From an uncultured Mycoplasmatota bacterium (GTDB lineage: Bacteria > Bacillota_I > Bacilli_A > RF39 > UBA660): a stretch of 62,733 nt of DNA. Of the stretch, positions 47,683-58,293 are shown one piece after another (within the stretch, counting starts at the first letter, position 1; each line of letters opens with the position of its first letter). The stretch spans positions 1 through 62,733 of the forward strand of contig UROI01000003.1 in assembly GCA_900549325.1 (NCBI GenBank). Reading direction: 5' to 3'. Under the pieces are notes generated by a model. It saw only the letters and a list, made by a program, of their open reading frames with translations, did no database searches and had not been told where the DNA came from. Both the position numbers and the translations under genes were made by a program.

Positions 47683-48208
47683 AATATTCTCCTACTTTAA
47701 AGATTCCCTCTTTGGTCATCTTATTTATTTCTTTTCTTTCTATATATCTATGAATCTTAGTAAATGGCATATCAATATTAGACATGGGATTTACTAGGAC
47801 TGTTGTTATTCCTACTTTATTGCCACCGTATATATCAGTAACTAATTGATCTCCAATTATAGCTACTTCAGACAAATCATATTTATATAAATCCAACACT
47901 TTTATAAAATTTTTCTTTCTTGGTTTTCCTGCTTTAGCGCAGCAGTCTACTTTTAACTCTTTTTTAAATGGAGCTAATCGTTTTTTGGGTGAATTAGAAA
48001 ATATTATTACTTTGAAGCCTTGTTCTCCTAATTTATCAAATAAGTTTTTTAATTTTTTAGTGGGTGTTCTGTCAACATAAGGTACACAGGTATTGTCTAA
48101 ATCAAATAGTAGACATTTGATACCATTTTCTTTTAATTTATCATAATTTATTGTGTATATACTTTTTTGATAAGCATCTGGATAAAAGTAATTCATTTTC
48201 CACCTCAA
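47675..48208 (-). CDS. yqeG: YqeG-family HAD-IIIA phosphatase
   Basis: LLFDLDNT, FSNS, IGDQLVTDI. Adjacent to yqeH. Confidence 0.8.
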   Translation of the reverse strand: MRWKMNYFYPDAYQKSIYTINYDKLKENGIKCLLFDLDNTCVPYVDRTPTKKLKNLFDKLGEQGFKVIIFSNSPKKRLAPFKKELKVDCCAKAGKPRKKNFIKVLDLYKYDLSEVAIIGDQLVTDIYGGNKVGITTVLVNPMSNIDMPFTKIHRYIERKEINKMTKEGIFKVGEYYD

Positions 48209-48369
48209 GATTATTATACTTTATTTTAAACTAAAAATAAAGATATTGAGGACTTAAATTGATTTTTTAACGGAAATTACACTTATAAATGTTTAAAATT
48301 GTATTTAATTATACTTAGGCTTAAGTAGTATAATATAATAAAAAGCATAAACTTTATTAGGAGGTTTTT

Positions 48370-49071
48370 ATGCTTTATAGTTTATTTAATTTTATTGTTA
48401 ATAATCTTACTTTTTTTACTGGGGCATACTCTAATAATGTCTTTCCAGAGCCTTTATCAAAAGAAGATGAAGAGATGTATATTGAAAAAATGATGAAAGG
48501 TGATAAAGAGGCTAGGGCTAAATTAATAGAACATAATCTTAGACTAGTAGCACATATAGTTAAGAAGTTTGAATCTAGTACTAATGATGTAGATGATTTA
48601 ATAGGTATTGGTACTGTTGGCTTGATTAAGGGTATTGATAGTTTTTCTCCGGATAAGAATATTAAACTGGCCACTTATATAGCTAAATGTTCGGAAAATG
48701 AAATTCTTATGCATTTTAGATCTGATAAGAAGAATTCAAAGAATGTTAGTATTTATGATGGAATAAGTTATGATAAAGAAGGAAATGAGATCACTATTTT
48801 GGATGTATTAAAAACAGAGAATCCTGACTATGCAGAAGAAATATACAAAAATGATAACATTAAATTATTAAAAAAATATTTTAGTGTTTTGAATAAGAGA
48901 GAAAAAGAAGTTTTAACTAAAAGATATGGTCTAAATAATACCGATGAGATTACACAAAAAGAAATAGCTAGGGAACTTGGTATTTCTAGGAGTTATGTAT
49001 CAAGAATAGAAAAAAGGGCTATTACTAAAATTCTTAGAGAATTTATTAGAAATGATAGTAGTACAAAATAA
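48370..49071 (+). CDS. sigK: Sporulation sigma factor, SigK-like (pro-sequence present, uninterrupted)
   Basis: YSNNVFPEPLSKEDEEMYIEKMMKGDKEARAKLIEHNLRLVAHIVKKF and IGTVGLIKGIDSF closely follow B. subtilis SigK (NNAFPQPLS...LIEHNLRLVAHIVKKF). SigE cannot be fully excluded. Confidence 0.65.
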   Translation: MLYSLFNFIVNNLTFFTGAYSNNVFPEPLSKEDEEMYIEKMMKGDKEARAKLIEHNLRLVAHIVKKFESSTNDVDDLIGIGTVGLIKGIDSFSPDKNIKLATYIAKCSENEILMHFRSDKKNSKNVSIYDGISYDKEGNEITILDVLKTENPDYAEEIYKNDNIKLLKKYFSVLNKREKEVLTKRYGLNNTDEITQKEIARELGISRSYVSRIEKRAITKILREFIRNDSSTK

Positions 49072-49145
49072 AATTCTTAATAATTACTTGACTAAATGTT
49101 ATTTTTATGGTAAAGTTAATAACGAACTGATGAGGAGGTAATTCT

Positions 49146-49322
49146 ATGGAAAATATATCAACTAAAAAGACTAGATCTGTAAATAATAGACCTAACTGTC
49201 TTAAAATAACTAAAGGTACTCAAAAAGTAAATATGACTACTGTTACTTTAAAAGATGGTAGTAAAGTTAAGACTAGTGTTAGAGAAGCTAGATCTATGAA
49301 AAAGAATAATGAATTAGCATAA
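49146..49322 (+). CDS. Small basic protein (58 aa), below the ORF-track cutoff
   Basis: Own translation MENISTKKTRSVNNRPNCLKITKGTQKVNMTTVTLKDGSKVKTSVREARSMKKNNELA. SD GAGGAGG lies 7 nt upstream. A terminator follows. Confidence 0.4.
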   Translation: MENISTKKTRSVNNRPNCLKITKGTQKVNMTTVTLKDGSKVKTSVREARSMKKNNELA

Positions 49323-49324
49323 TT

Positions 49325-49349
49325 AAGATAGAATACTCTATCTTTTTTT
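49325..49349 (+). terminator. Intrinsic terminator after the 58-aa ORF
   Basis: aagatag / ctatctt stem followed by T7. Confidence 0.65.
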
Positions 49350-49395
49350 GTTATATAATAATTAATAAATAAAAATGAGACTATAATTGTCTCTT

Positions 49396-50046
49396 TTATA
49401 TTTTTTCTTTTTCTAATTGTCTTCGAATAAGTTTATATACTTTGGTTTTATCTTTATATTCTGGATAAATATTTCCATAGAATTCATAGTTTCTGTCTTT
49501 TATATAATTTGAATTAATAAGAATGTATCTCTCTATTAATTTATCTTGCTCAATTTTTCTTTTTACTGCGAGAAACAGGTCATTCTTGGCATATAGAACA
49601 ATATTTTTTTCTTTTAATGGAGAAGTATAGCTAGTATCTAGCATATCATTCTTTCTAATTGGTGTTGTTCTTACAAATTCTTTTCCAATAAATGATGATT
49701 CGTTTAAAAACTCTGATAGTTTCATATATATTCTTTTCATTTCTTCAACGCCATTATATTTTCTTTCTTGAAAAGCATCTCTCATTAATAAGTTTATACC
49801 ATCATTAGTATATAATCTCCAAAAGGTATCTGTACCGCTGTAATCTAATTTACCTCTTTCCTTTTCTAAAGATGATTTTACACTCTTTGATAATTCTATA
49901 ACACCAAGTGTAAAAAGATTTGGATCTTCAGTAAAAAGTTTTTGTAATTCTTCTATTTTTTCATCTATTTCTTTTATATCAGCACTTGGGTTATAAATTT
50001 CTGGTCCTTTTTTTAAATATATTTCGCCATTATAAATAATATCCAT
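49396..50046 (-). CDS. Hypothetical protein
   Basis: 216 aa, no motif recognised. Confidence 0.5.
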   Translation of the reverse strand: MDIIYNGEIYLKKGPEIYNPSADIKEIDEKIEELQKLFTEDPNLFTLGVIELSKSVKSSLEKERGKLDYSGTDTFWRLYTNDGINLLMRDAFQERKYNGVEEMKRIYMKLSEFLNESSFIGKEFVRTTPIRKNDMLDTSYTSPLKEKNIVLYAKNDLFLAVKRKIEQDKLIERYILINSNYIKDRNYEFYGNIYPEYKDKTKVYKLIRRQLEKEKI

Positions 50047-50101
50047 AATACCCTTCTTTCACGTATATAGTATCATAAATAGTATATTTAGACAAGATTA
50101 A

Positions 50102-50212
50102 TTACTTTGTTTTTTCTTCTCTGGCTAATTCTAATATTTTACTATAATATTCTTTACCTAGCATATATTCTTCTTCGATTATTTCCTTATCTATATTTTT
50201 GTTTTCTGACAT
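50102..50212 (-). CDS. Possible 36-aa ORF
   Basis: Own translation MSENKNIDKEIIEEEYMLGKEYYSKILELAREEKTK. SD AAAGGAG lies 8 nt upstream. Located between rpe and the 216-aa gene. Confidence 0.3.
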   Translation of the reverse strand: MSENKNIDKEIIEEEYMLGKEYYSKILELAREEKTK

Positions 50213-50257
50213 ATTAAAAACTCCTTTCTTTATTATTATTAAGAAGGGAGTTTATTT

Positions 50258-50884
50258 TTATACTAATAAACTATTTATTTGAGATACTGGATCAGTACTT
50301 TTGGTTATGTAAGAACCTACTACAGCGATATTGGCATCTTTAACTAGATTTATGGTATTGTTATTGATACCGCCATCTACTTCAAGAAGAATATCTCTTG
50401 TACCTATTAGTTTTTTTATTTCTTTTAATCTTTTGGTACTTGACTCTAGGAATGGTTGACCTCCAAGTCCTGGTTCTACAGTCATTACTAGAATTAAATC
50501 TATATCTTCTAGATATGGTACCAATTTATTTATATCTGTATTGGGTTTTATTGATAAGCCTCTTTTAAATCCTAATGATTTTATTTTAGATAGTATTTCT
50601 TTTATGTCTTTGTCTATTTCGAGATGTATTGTTATATTTTCAATATTATCTAAATCTTTTATATTATCTATATACTCTTCAGGACTATCCATCATTAAAT
50701 GAATATCTAATTTTTTTGTTGATATACCAGATAGTTCTTGTAATTCTGGATATGGTAATGTTCTTTGAGGAACAAATTGTCCATCCATTACATCCATGTG
50801 AATATATGAAATATTAGTATTGTTTAGTATTTTTATCATTTCTTTTTTGTCTACTGAGTTTAGTATTGATACTGATATTTTCAT
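50258..50884 (-). CDS. rpe: Ribulose-phosphate 3-epimerase
   Basis: MKISVSILN start preferred (ORF-track start 50950 would overlap rsgA). HMDVMDG, DIHLM, MTVEPGLGGQ, VDGGIN. Confidence 0.85.
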   Translation of the reverse strand: MKISVSILNSVDKKEMIKILNNTNISYIHMDVMDGQFVPQRTLPYPELQELSGISTKKLDIHLMMDSPEEYIDNIKDLDNIENITIHLEIDKDIKEILSKIKSLGFKRGLSIKPNTDINKLVPYLEDIDLILVMTVEPGLGGQPFLESSTKRLKEIKKLIGTRDILLEVDGGINNNTINLVKDANIAVVGSYITKSTDPVSQINSLLV

Positions 50885-50885
50885 A

Positions 50886-51719
50886 TTATTTTCCTCCGAT
50901 GAAAGATTTATAGTTATTATATCTTGAAGGAAGTATATTACCTTTTTCAAGTGTTTCCTTTATATAGCAACCATCTTCTTTAATATGCATACAATCTCTA
51001 TATTTACAATAGTGTAGGCCATCAAACATTTCTTTCATATTATCTCTTATATCTAACTTAGTCATTCCTCTAAAGTCTACTGAAGAGAAACCTGGAGTAT
51101 CGGCGATTAATGCACCATCTACTTCATATAATGTTACGCATCTTGTAGTATGTTTTCCTCTTCCTAGGGCTTTTGATATTTCATTTGTTTCGAGTGATAG
51201 GTTTTTATCTAATCTATTTAGAAGAGATGATTTACCTGCACCTGACTGTCCTGCGAGTACTACTTTTTTATTTTTTATTATTTTTTTTATTTCTTTAATA
51301 TTATTATTATTAGTTACTATATAACCAATTCTTTGATAGTAAGAGGTTATTTTATCTATTTCATTTCTTTCTTCTTCGGTTAATAAATCTAGTTTGGTTA
51401 GACATATTACTGGTTCAATATTATTAAATGATATTATAGTTAATAATTTATCTAATAAATTACTATCAAAGTTTGGTTCTTTTACTGATACTGCAATTAA
51501 AGCGATATCTATATTGGCAATGGGAGGTCTAATAAGAGAATTCTTTCTTGGTAATATTTCTAGTAGGTAATTATTTATATCATCTATTATTACTGAGTCT
51601 CCTACTAGAGGAGTTATTTTATCATTTCTGAATTTTCCTCTTGGTTTGCAAACATATAATCCATTTGATGTTCTTACTGTGTAATCGTTACTTTGATTTT
51701 TAATTATTATTCCTTCCAT
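50886..51719 (-). CDS. rsgA: Ribosome small-subunit-dependent GTPase A
   Basis: OB-fold N-terminus. LTKLDL (G4), LAGQSGAGKSSL (G1), DTPGF (G3). C-terminal Cys/His zinc cluster (HYCKYRDCMHIKEDGC). Confidence 0.88.
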   Translation of the reverse strand: MEGIIIKNQSNDYTVRTSNGLYVCKPRGKFRNDKITPLVGDSVIIDDINNYLLEILPRKNSLIRPPIANIDIALIAVSVKEPNFDSNLLDKLLTIISFNNIEPVICLTKLDLLTEEERNEIDKITSYYQRIGYIVTNNNNIKEIKKIIKNKKVVLAGQSGAGKSSLLNRLDKNLSLETNEISKALGRGKHTTRCVTLYEVDGALIADTPGFSSVDFRGMTKLDIRDNMKEMFDGLHYCKYRDCMHIKEDGCYIKETLEKGNILPSRYNNYKSFIGGK

Positions 51720-51731
51720 TTATGCTCCTTA

Positions 51732-53507
51732 TTAATTTGTTTTTTCATCACTTGGTAGTAGTGGATCTGTTGGATTTTTATCCTTGTCTTTATCATCTTT
51801 CTTTTCTGGTTTCTTTGATAGTGTTATTTTTAGTGTATATCCTTCGTATATTGGATCACCTACTGCTCTATTTTGTGATAAAACAATGTCTTCTTCTACT
51901 TCATCTGTTTCTTTATATGATTTATCTAGTGTTAGATTGTATTCTTTTACAAAGTCTTCTACTTGTGATAATGTCCATTTTTCTTTTACCATATCTGGAT
52001 AAACATCTACTTCTGGTATATATAATACAACACTATCATTAGCATATAATTTTGTCTCTTCATCTTTATTGAAGGCTGGTTCTTGACTTATTATGTTATC
52101 TTTCTTATCTTTATATTCTGAAGCATTTTCTACTGATTTGGTTTTCATTTCTACTTTGATGCCTTTGGCCTCTAGTTTACCTTTTATTTCATAATAGTTT
52201 TGACCGGTATAGTCTTCAAGAACTACATATTCTTTACCTGATGATTCAACAATTGTTATTGTACTCTTCTTAGTTCTAGTAGAACCGGCTTTGGGTTCTG
52301 TTCTTATTACTTTGCCTTCTTCAACAGTAGTACTTTCTTCACTCTTTGTGGTATATTCTAAACCTTTTTCTTTTATTTTTTTGATAGCTTCTTCTGTAGT
52401 TAATCCTACTACATTTGGTACTTTTACTTCTTTTACATCTTTACTTGTTATTAGTAAGTATACACCTGCGAGTACAATTAATGTTCCTAAAAGAACTACT
52501 GCGAGAATGATTGGTAATTTATTTTTTTCATCTTTCTCTTTTAGTACTGAATCGTCATCAGTATCTTCTTCTTTAGCTGTTGGTTTATCTATCACTTGTT
52601 TTACTTCTTTAGTAACTTGTGGTATAACCTTTGTCTCTTCAAGATCGTTTTCTGGATATTCATATACTAATCTCTTTTCATTATCTCTTTGAAGGGCTGT
52701 CTGCAAATCTTTATACATATCTCTAACATTATCATATCTGTTCTTTGGATTTTTAGCAGTTGCTTTTAATACGATATTTTCAACAGATTGTGGTATTGTT
52801 GGATTTTGTTTTCTAATACTTGGTATTTTTTCTTTCATATGTTTTAAGGCTATTTCAACAGCAGTATCTCCTTTAAATGGTACTGAACCTGTTAATAGTT
52901 CATACATTAATATTCCTAGAGAATAAATATCACTTTTTACTGTAGAACCTTTTCCATTAGCCTGTTCTGGGGGAAGATAATGAACTGAGCCCATTACTGA
53001 ATTTGTTTGGGTTAACTGTGTTGAATTTAGAGCCATGGCTATACCAAAATCAGTTATTTTTACTAGTCCGTTGTCCTCAATCATTATATTTTGTGGTTTA
53101 ATGTCTCTATGAATTATATAGGCTTCATGAGCATGAGCTAAACCATCTGTTAACTGTGTCATTATATCTATTACTTCATTTAAAGTAAGTGCTCCTCTTT
53201 TTTGAAGTAATTGTTTTAATGTTTTTCCTTCAATATATTCCATTACGATGTAGTAGTTTCCGTCTTCTTCACCAACATCGTATACTTCAACAATATTTGG
53301 ATGTGATAAATTTGATACTGATAGAGCTTCTCTTTTGAAACGACGAATGAACTTTTCATCATTTGAAAGATCTCCACGTAATACTTTTATTGCAACTTTT
53401 CTATCTAGAATTGTATCATTTGCTAAATAGACATTAGCCATACCACCTTCGCCAATTGTTTTAATAATTTCATATCTATCATTAATCTTTTGACCTTTTG
53501 ATAGCAT
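51732..53507 (-). CDS. prkC: Ser/Thr protein kinase with TM segment and PASTA repeats
   Basis: GEGGMANVY, AIKVL, HRDIKPQNI, DFGIA, then a TM helix and three PASTA-like repeats. Confidence 0.92.
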   Translation of the reverse strand: MLSKGQKINDRYEIIKTIGEGGMANVYLANDTILDRKVAIKVLRGDLSNDEKFIRRFKREALSVSNLSHPNIVEVYDVGEEDGNYYIVMEYIEGKTLKQLLQKRGALTLNEVIDIMTQLTDGLAHAHEAYIIHRDIKPQNIMIEDNGLVKITDFGIAMALNSTQLTQTNSVMGSVHYLPPEQANGKGSTVKSDIYSLGILMYELLTGSVPFKGDTAVEIALKHMKEKIPSIRKQNPTIPQSVENIVLKATAKNPKNRYDNVRDMYKDLQTALQRDNEKRLVYEYPENDLEETKVIPQVTKEVKQVIDKPTAKEEDTDDDSVLKEKDEKNKLPIILAVVLLGTLIVLAGVYLLITSKDVKEVKVPNVVGLTTEEAIKKIKEKGLEYTTKSEESTTVEEGKVIRTEPKAGSTRTKKSTITIVESSGKEYVVLEDYTGQNYYEIKGKLEAKGIKVEMKTKSVENASEYKDKKDNIISQEPAFNKDEETKLYANDSVVLYIPEVDVYPDMVKEKWTLSQVEDFVKEYNLTLDKSYKETDEVEEDIVLSQNRAVGDPIYEGYTLKITLSKKPEKKDDKDKDKNPTDPLLPSDEKTN

Positions 53508-54247
53508 TATAAATCACCACTTTCCTTTTTTAGATAAGCAATTGATATATTATCTGTACCACCGCGCATATTACTCTTTTTAATTAATTTTTCTACTTGT
53601 TCCTCTATTGAACTTTTATTATTTAATACTTTTTCTATTTGATCATCTGCGACCATATTTGTTAGGCCATCACTACATAGGAATAATCCTGATACGTTAG
53701 TGTCTACATCAAAAATATCTATTTCGATTGGATCATTTGCTCCAAGAGCTCTAGTTAGTAGATTTTTTCTTGGATGAAATTTTGCTTGTTCTGGAGTTAA
53801 TTCTCCTGTTGATACAAGTAAATTTACTAGGGTATGATCCTTTGTTATTTTATGTAATAATCCATTTTTCATTACATATCCTGATGAATCGCCAATATTT
53901 CCATATAGTATGTAATCATTTGTTTTGATAGCTATTACTAGGGTTGTTCCCATGCCTTTACTCTCGGGATGATTTTTTGTATAAGAAAATATTTTTTCAT
54001 TTATTTCTTTTACTATTCTTCTTAAGTAGTCGATAGCATCTTCTTTTTTTCCGAGCGTTTCTAGTTCTTCGAAACTATCTCTAACATGTTCTATTGCTAT
54101 ATTAGAGGCTACTTCTCCTGCTTTATGTCCACCCATTCCGTCCGCTACGGCAAGAATGAATTCATTATTATTATTATTTAATATTATTACATTGTCTTCA
54201 TTATGTGTTCTTACTTTTCCTGCATCTGTCATATAAAATGTCTGCAT
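53507..54247 (-). CDS. prpC: PP2C-family Ser/Thr phosphatase
   Basis: RTHNED, VADGMGGH, GDS, CSDGL, GGTDNIS. Confidence 0.9.
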   Translation of the reverse strand: MQTFYMTDAGKVRTHNEDNVIILNNNNNEFILAVADGMGGHKAGEVASNIAIEHVRDSFEELETLGKKEDAIDYLRRIVKEINEKIFSYTKNHPESKGMGTTLVIAIKTNDYILYGNIGDSSGYVMKNGLLHKITKDHTLVNLLVSTGELTPEQAKFHPRKNLLTRALGANDPIEIDIFDVDTNVSGLFLCSDGLTNMVADDQIEKVLNNKSSIEEQVEKLIKKSNMRGGTDNISIAYLKKESGDL

Positions 54248-54251
54248 AACT

Positions 54252-55283
54252 TCACTCCTCTTTTGCTTTGGCTCTTAGCTGTCCACAGGCAGCATCTACA
54301 TTTCCGCCAAATTCTTTTCTTATTGTTACATTTATATTATTTGATTTAAGTATATCATAAAACTGTAAAATTTTCCACTTTTTTGTTCTTTTGAAGCCAA
54401 TATTTTCTGTTTCATTATATGGTATTAAATTTACGTAGCAGTTTATTCCTTTAAGAAGTGAGACTAATTCTTTTGCTTCTTTTTCACTATCGTTTATATC
54501 CTCTAACATAATATATTCAAAAGTTACTCTTCTATTAGTAAGTTTTATATATTCTTTTATGGTATCCATTAATTCTTTTATTGGATAGGCTTTGTTTATT
54601 TTCATTATCTTATTTCTTAGTTCATCATTTGGAGCATGCAGGCTTATGGCTAGATTTACCTGTCCTTCTTCTTTCATAAATTTCTTAATTCCTGGTACTA
54701 CTCCACATGTAGATATAGTTATATGTCTTGAACCGATATCTATTCCTTTACCACAGTTAATTATTTTAACAAAACGCATAACATTATTATAATTATCAAA
54801 TGGTTCACCAATACCCATAACTACTACATGAGATATTCTAGTCTTAATGTCTTCTTCAATAAGGAGAATCTGCTCTACTATTTCATAGGCTAGTAAGTCT
54901 CTTACTTTCTTTAGTCTTCCGCTCTCACAAAAAGCACATGACATGTTGCAACCTACTTGTGATGATACACAAATACTTATTCCATAGTCATGAAACATTA
55001 GTACTGACTCTATTCTATTCTTATCTTCAAGTTCAAATAAATATTTGTTTACTTCTTTACTTTCTTGTTTTATTAATAGTTTTATCTTATAGAAAGAGAA
55101 ATCTTGTTTTAGTTTTTCTCTTAACTCTTTACTAATATTAGTCATTTCATCAAATGAAGTATATCTTTTTTTATATAATCCTTCATATACTTGAGCCGCT
55201 CTAAAGGGCTTTTCATTTATATTTATAAAATAATCTTCTAATTCTTTTAATGTTACATCATATATATTTCTCATTTTTTTCAC
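54252..55283 (-). CDS. rlmN: 23S rRNA/tRNA A2503 C2-methyltransferase (radical SAM)
   Basis: CVSSQVGCNMSCAFCESG (CxxxCxxC), MGIGEP, DAACGQL. Confidence 0.93.
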   Translation of the reverse strand: MKKMRNIYDVTLKELEDYFININEKPFRAAQVYEGLYKKRYTSFDEMTNISKELREKLKQDFSFYKIKLLIKQESKEVNKYLFELEDKNRIESVLMFHDYGISICVSSQVGCNMSCAFCESGRLKKVRDLLAYEIVEQILLIEEDIKTRISHVVVMGIGEPFDNYNNVMRFVKIINCGKGIDIGSRHITISTCGVVPGIKKFMKEEGQVNLAISLHAPNDELRNKIMKINKAYPIKELMDTIKEYIKLTNRRVTFEYIMLEDINDSEKEAKELVSLLKGINCYVNLIPYNETENIGFKRTKKWKILQFYDILKSNNINVTIRKEFGGNVDAACGQLRAKAKEE

Positions 55284-55340
55284 TTCTAACTTTCCATTAT
55301 TATTATAACAAAAAAAATATGTTATTAAAACACATTTTTA

Positions 55341-55883
55341 TTATTTTTCTTCTTTATGTTCATGATGAGAATGTCCTTTTATACCATACTTATTGGTTAT
55401 TGGGTCTTTGAATAAGAAATTTTTTATTGGTAATAGTGTTAATACCATGTAAAATCCAAGTATTATGAATAATACTATTACTGATATGTATGTTAGATAA
55501 AATGGTAATGATGTTATATTTATTAGGTATTTAAATGTTAATGTACTAGATATGATGGCTACATAAAAGATGATGATATCTATCCACAATACTGATTTTT
55601 TAGTAAATATTTGATATGTATAAAATAATAGTGGTATTAATAATATTATTACTAATAAACTGGCTGTTTTGGCTATGAAATAATTTTGATTTAATCCATA
55701 TACTGCTCCATCATATAGTGTCCATATAAAGGTTGGTGTTAGGGCTATTTTGATATGTTCCCAAGTGCTTTCATTAACTGCTGCAAAAAGGGATACTATT
55801 TTATTATGACCTGACCATTCATACATAAAATGTAGTAGTGTTCCAATTAGTGATATAAATATTATTCCAATTACTATATCCAT
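55341..55883 (-). CDS. Polytopic membrane protein (DUF6512-like) with His-rich tail
   Basis: 180 aa, about 5 TM, C-terminus GHSHHEHKEEK. Confidence 0.5.
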   Translation of the reverse strand: MDIVIGIIFISLIGTLLHFMYEWSGHNKIVSLFAAVNESTWEHIKIALTPTFIWTLYDGAVYGLNQNYFIAKTASLLVIILLIPLLFYTYQIFTKKSVLWIDIIIFYVAIISSTLTFKYLINITSLPFYLTYISVIVLFIILGFYMVLTLLPIKNFLFKDPITNKYGIKGHSHHEHKEEK

Positions 55884-55935
55884 TTACTCCTCCTATTTAT
55901 AAGATAATTATATATTATTTTTTTATTTATTACAA

Positions 55936-57966
55936 CTAGTTATTTTTTAATAGTCTTAATGTATTTAGAATACATAGTACTGTTACTCCAACATCTGCGA
56001 ATACGGCTTCCCACATGGTGGATAATCCTAGTATGGTTAATATTAATACTAATAGTTTTATGGTAATGGCAAATATTAGATTTTCTTTGATTATTTTATT
56101 TGTTTTTTGGGATATTTTTATAGCGGTTATTATTTTTGATAAGTTATCATTCATTATTACTACATCTGAGGCTTCAATAGCGGAATCACTACCTAGGCTA
56201 CCCATTGATATTCCTATATCTGATAAGGCTAGTACTGGGGCATCGTTTATGCCGTCTCCTACAAATGATACTAGTTCTTTTTCTTTTTTAGTATTTATTA
56301 ACTCTTCTAATTTTTGATACTTATCACTAGGAAGCATTTCATAAAAGACATTTTTTATTCCTACTTTTTTAGCTATTTCTAAGGCTTTTTCTTTATTATC
56401 GCCAGTAAACATATAGGTTTCTATATTCATATCTTTAAGTGCTTTAATTGTTTCTTTAGCACTTTCTTTTATTTCGTCCTTTATTTCTAATTCAGCAACT
56501 AAATTATCATTAATCATTAGATAAATATTTTTGGTTTCTTTTTGATTACAGAACTTGGAATTTCCTATTTTGATATTTTGATCTTTATATTTATAGGTTA
56601 TACCTTTACCTTGATATTCTCTATGTTCTTTGATATCTTCAGTTGATACTTTTTTTCCATACTCTTTAATTATTGATGCGGCGATAGGATGATTAGATAG
56701 GCTTTCTCCTTTAGCACATAATTCTAATACTTTGTCTTTGGTATATTTTTTATCGTAAATGTTTATTTTTGATACATAAAACTCTCCTGTTGTTATGGTT
56801 CCTGTTTTATCAAATACTACTTTTTGGATATTTTTTATACTATCTAAGTAATTACTTCCTTTTATTAGTATTCCTTCTTTAGAAGAAGCTCCTATTCCTG
56901 AGAAGTATGCTAGTGGTACGGATATGGCAACAGCACAAGGACATGATACTACTATTATGGTTAAGGCTTTATAAATACTTTCGGTATATGTTAAGTTTGT
57001 TATTAGTGGTAAAAGGGCTCCTACTAGAATAGCTACGATTAATACACTTAGGGTATATACTGGGGCATACTTTGATACTACTGTTTCGGTTTTGGTTTTT
57101 CTTTCAGTAGCGGTTTCTACTAGTGATAATATTCTACTTACTGTTGAGTTTTTGTATATGGAAGTTACTTTTACTTCTATTAAACCACTTTTATTGATAC
57201 TTCCAGATAATACTTCACTACCTATGGTAGCATTTAATAATTCTGATTCTCCTGTTAATGCACTAGTATCTAGCATGGCATTTCCCTCTATTATTATTCC
57301 ATCTAGTGGTACTTTTTCGCCTTCTTTTACGACAATTATATTGCCTACTTTTATGGTTTCTGTTGGTACTACTTTTATGGTATCTTCTTCTTTTAAATTA
57401 GAGTTTTCTTCTTTTATATTCATTAGTTCTGATACTGACTTTCTACTTCGATTAACGGCTAATTTTTCTAGGGCTTTTCCTAGTTCATATAGGAATATTA
57501 CCATTAGTCCTTCATGTAACTCTCCTAATACGAAGGCTCCTATTGTTGATATTACTATTAATAGGTTTTCATTAATTACTTTTTTTGATAACTGTTTAAT
57601 AGCGGTTATAAAGGTACTATATACTAATACTATATAGCTTATTATAATTAGAATTAGATTTAAATGATATGGTAATTTTGTTATACAGCCTATTAATCCT
57701 AATATACCTCCTACTAGGATTTGATAAAATATTTTATAGTTATTTTCTTTTACTTTTTCTTCGCTTAGTATGGCATCTGGTTCTACTTCACTAACTATTT
57801 GTTTAACATATTCAAATGGTTTTTCTAAGTCTGTTTCCACAGATACTGTTGATGCGCTAAAATTTACTATAGCGTTTTTGATATTTTTGTCTTTATTTAG
57901 TTTTTCTTCTATTTTCTTGGCACAGTTGGCGCAATCTAGGTTTTTGATATTATATTTATATTTCAT
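55936..57966 (-). CDS. cadA: Heavy-metal (Cd/Zn-type) P1B-type ATPase
   Basis: N-terminal HMA CANCAKKIE. TM CPC motif VSCPCAV, DKTGTIT, GDGINDAP. Confidence 0.9.
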   Translation of the reverse strand: MKYKYNIKNLDCANCAKKIEEKLNKDKNIKNAIVNFSASTVSVETDLEKPFEYVKQIVSEVEPDAILSEEKVKENNYKIFYQILVGGILGLIGCITKLPYHLNLILIIISYIVLVYSTFITAIKQLSKKVINENLLIVISTIGAFVLGELHEGLMVIFLYELGKALEKLAVNRSRKSVSELMNIKEENSNLKEEDTIKVVPTETIKVGNIIVVKEGEKVPLDGIIIEGNAMLDTSALTGESELLNATIGSEVLSGSINKSGLIEVKVTSIYKNSTVSRILSLVETATERKTKTETVVSKYAPVYTLSVLIVAILVGALLPLITNLTYTESIYKALTIIVVSCPCAVAISVPLAYFSGIGASSKEGILIKGSNYLDSIKNIQKVVFDKTGTITTGEFYVSKINIYDKKYTKDKVLELCAKGESLSNHPIAASIIKEYGKKVSTEDIKEHREYQGKGITYKYKDQNIKIGNSKFCNQKETKNIYLMINDNLVAELEIKDEIKESAKETIKALKDMNIETYMFTGDNKEKALEIAKKVGIKNVFYEMLPSDKYQKLEELINTKKEKELVSFVGDGINDAPVLALSDIGISMGSLGSDSAIEASDVVIMNDNLSKIITAIKISQKTNKIIKENLIFAITIKLLVLILTILGLSTMWEAVFADVGVTVLCILNTLRLLKNN

Positions 57967-58282
57967 TGATATGCTCCTTTCCTACACTAAATAGTTTTTT
58001 TACATGGTCATCACTTAATTCGTAATATACTGTTTTACCTATTTTGGTATATTTTACTAGTTTAGCGGACTTTAGTATTCTAAGCTGGTGAGAGATGGCT
58101 GACTGAGTACCTCCGACAAGAGTGGCTATATCTCCTACACAAAGTTTATTTTCTAATAAGACATTTATTATTTTTACTCTAGTTGAATCTGCGAATACTT
58201 TGAATAATTCTGCTATATCTATAATAGTATCTTCTTCAAGTAGTTTGTTTTTTATACTATTTATTTCTTTTGTATCTAACAT
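57956..58282 (-). CDS. cadC: ArsR/SmtB-family metalloregulator (CadC-like)
   Basis: 108 aa. FKVFADSTRVKIINVL, CVGDIA, SAISHQLRILK. 11-nt overlap with the ATPase gene. Confidence 0.8.
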   Translation of the reverse strand: MLDTKEINSIKNKLLEEDTIIDIAELFKVFADSTRVKIINVLLENKLCVGDIATLVGGTQSAISHQLRILKSAKLVKYTKIGKTVYYELSDDHVKKLFSVGKEHINEI

Positions 58283-58293
58283 ATTTCCTCCTT

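Noticed and set aside
48310-48332. tatacttaGGCTtaagtagtata in the sigK upstream region as a 12th, degenerate hairpin unit.
   Set aside because: It lacks the AGAC half of the apex, the stem is interrupted, and it overlaps a probable -10. It is too weak to count.
48370-49071. Possible skin-like intervening element or split in sigK.
   Set aside because: The ORF is continuous from the pro-sequence to region 4 (233 aa), so there is no interruption.
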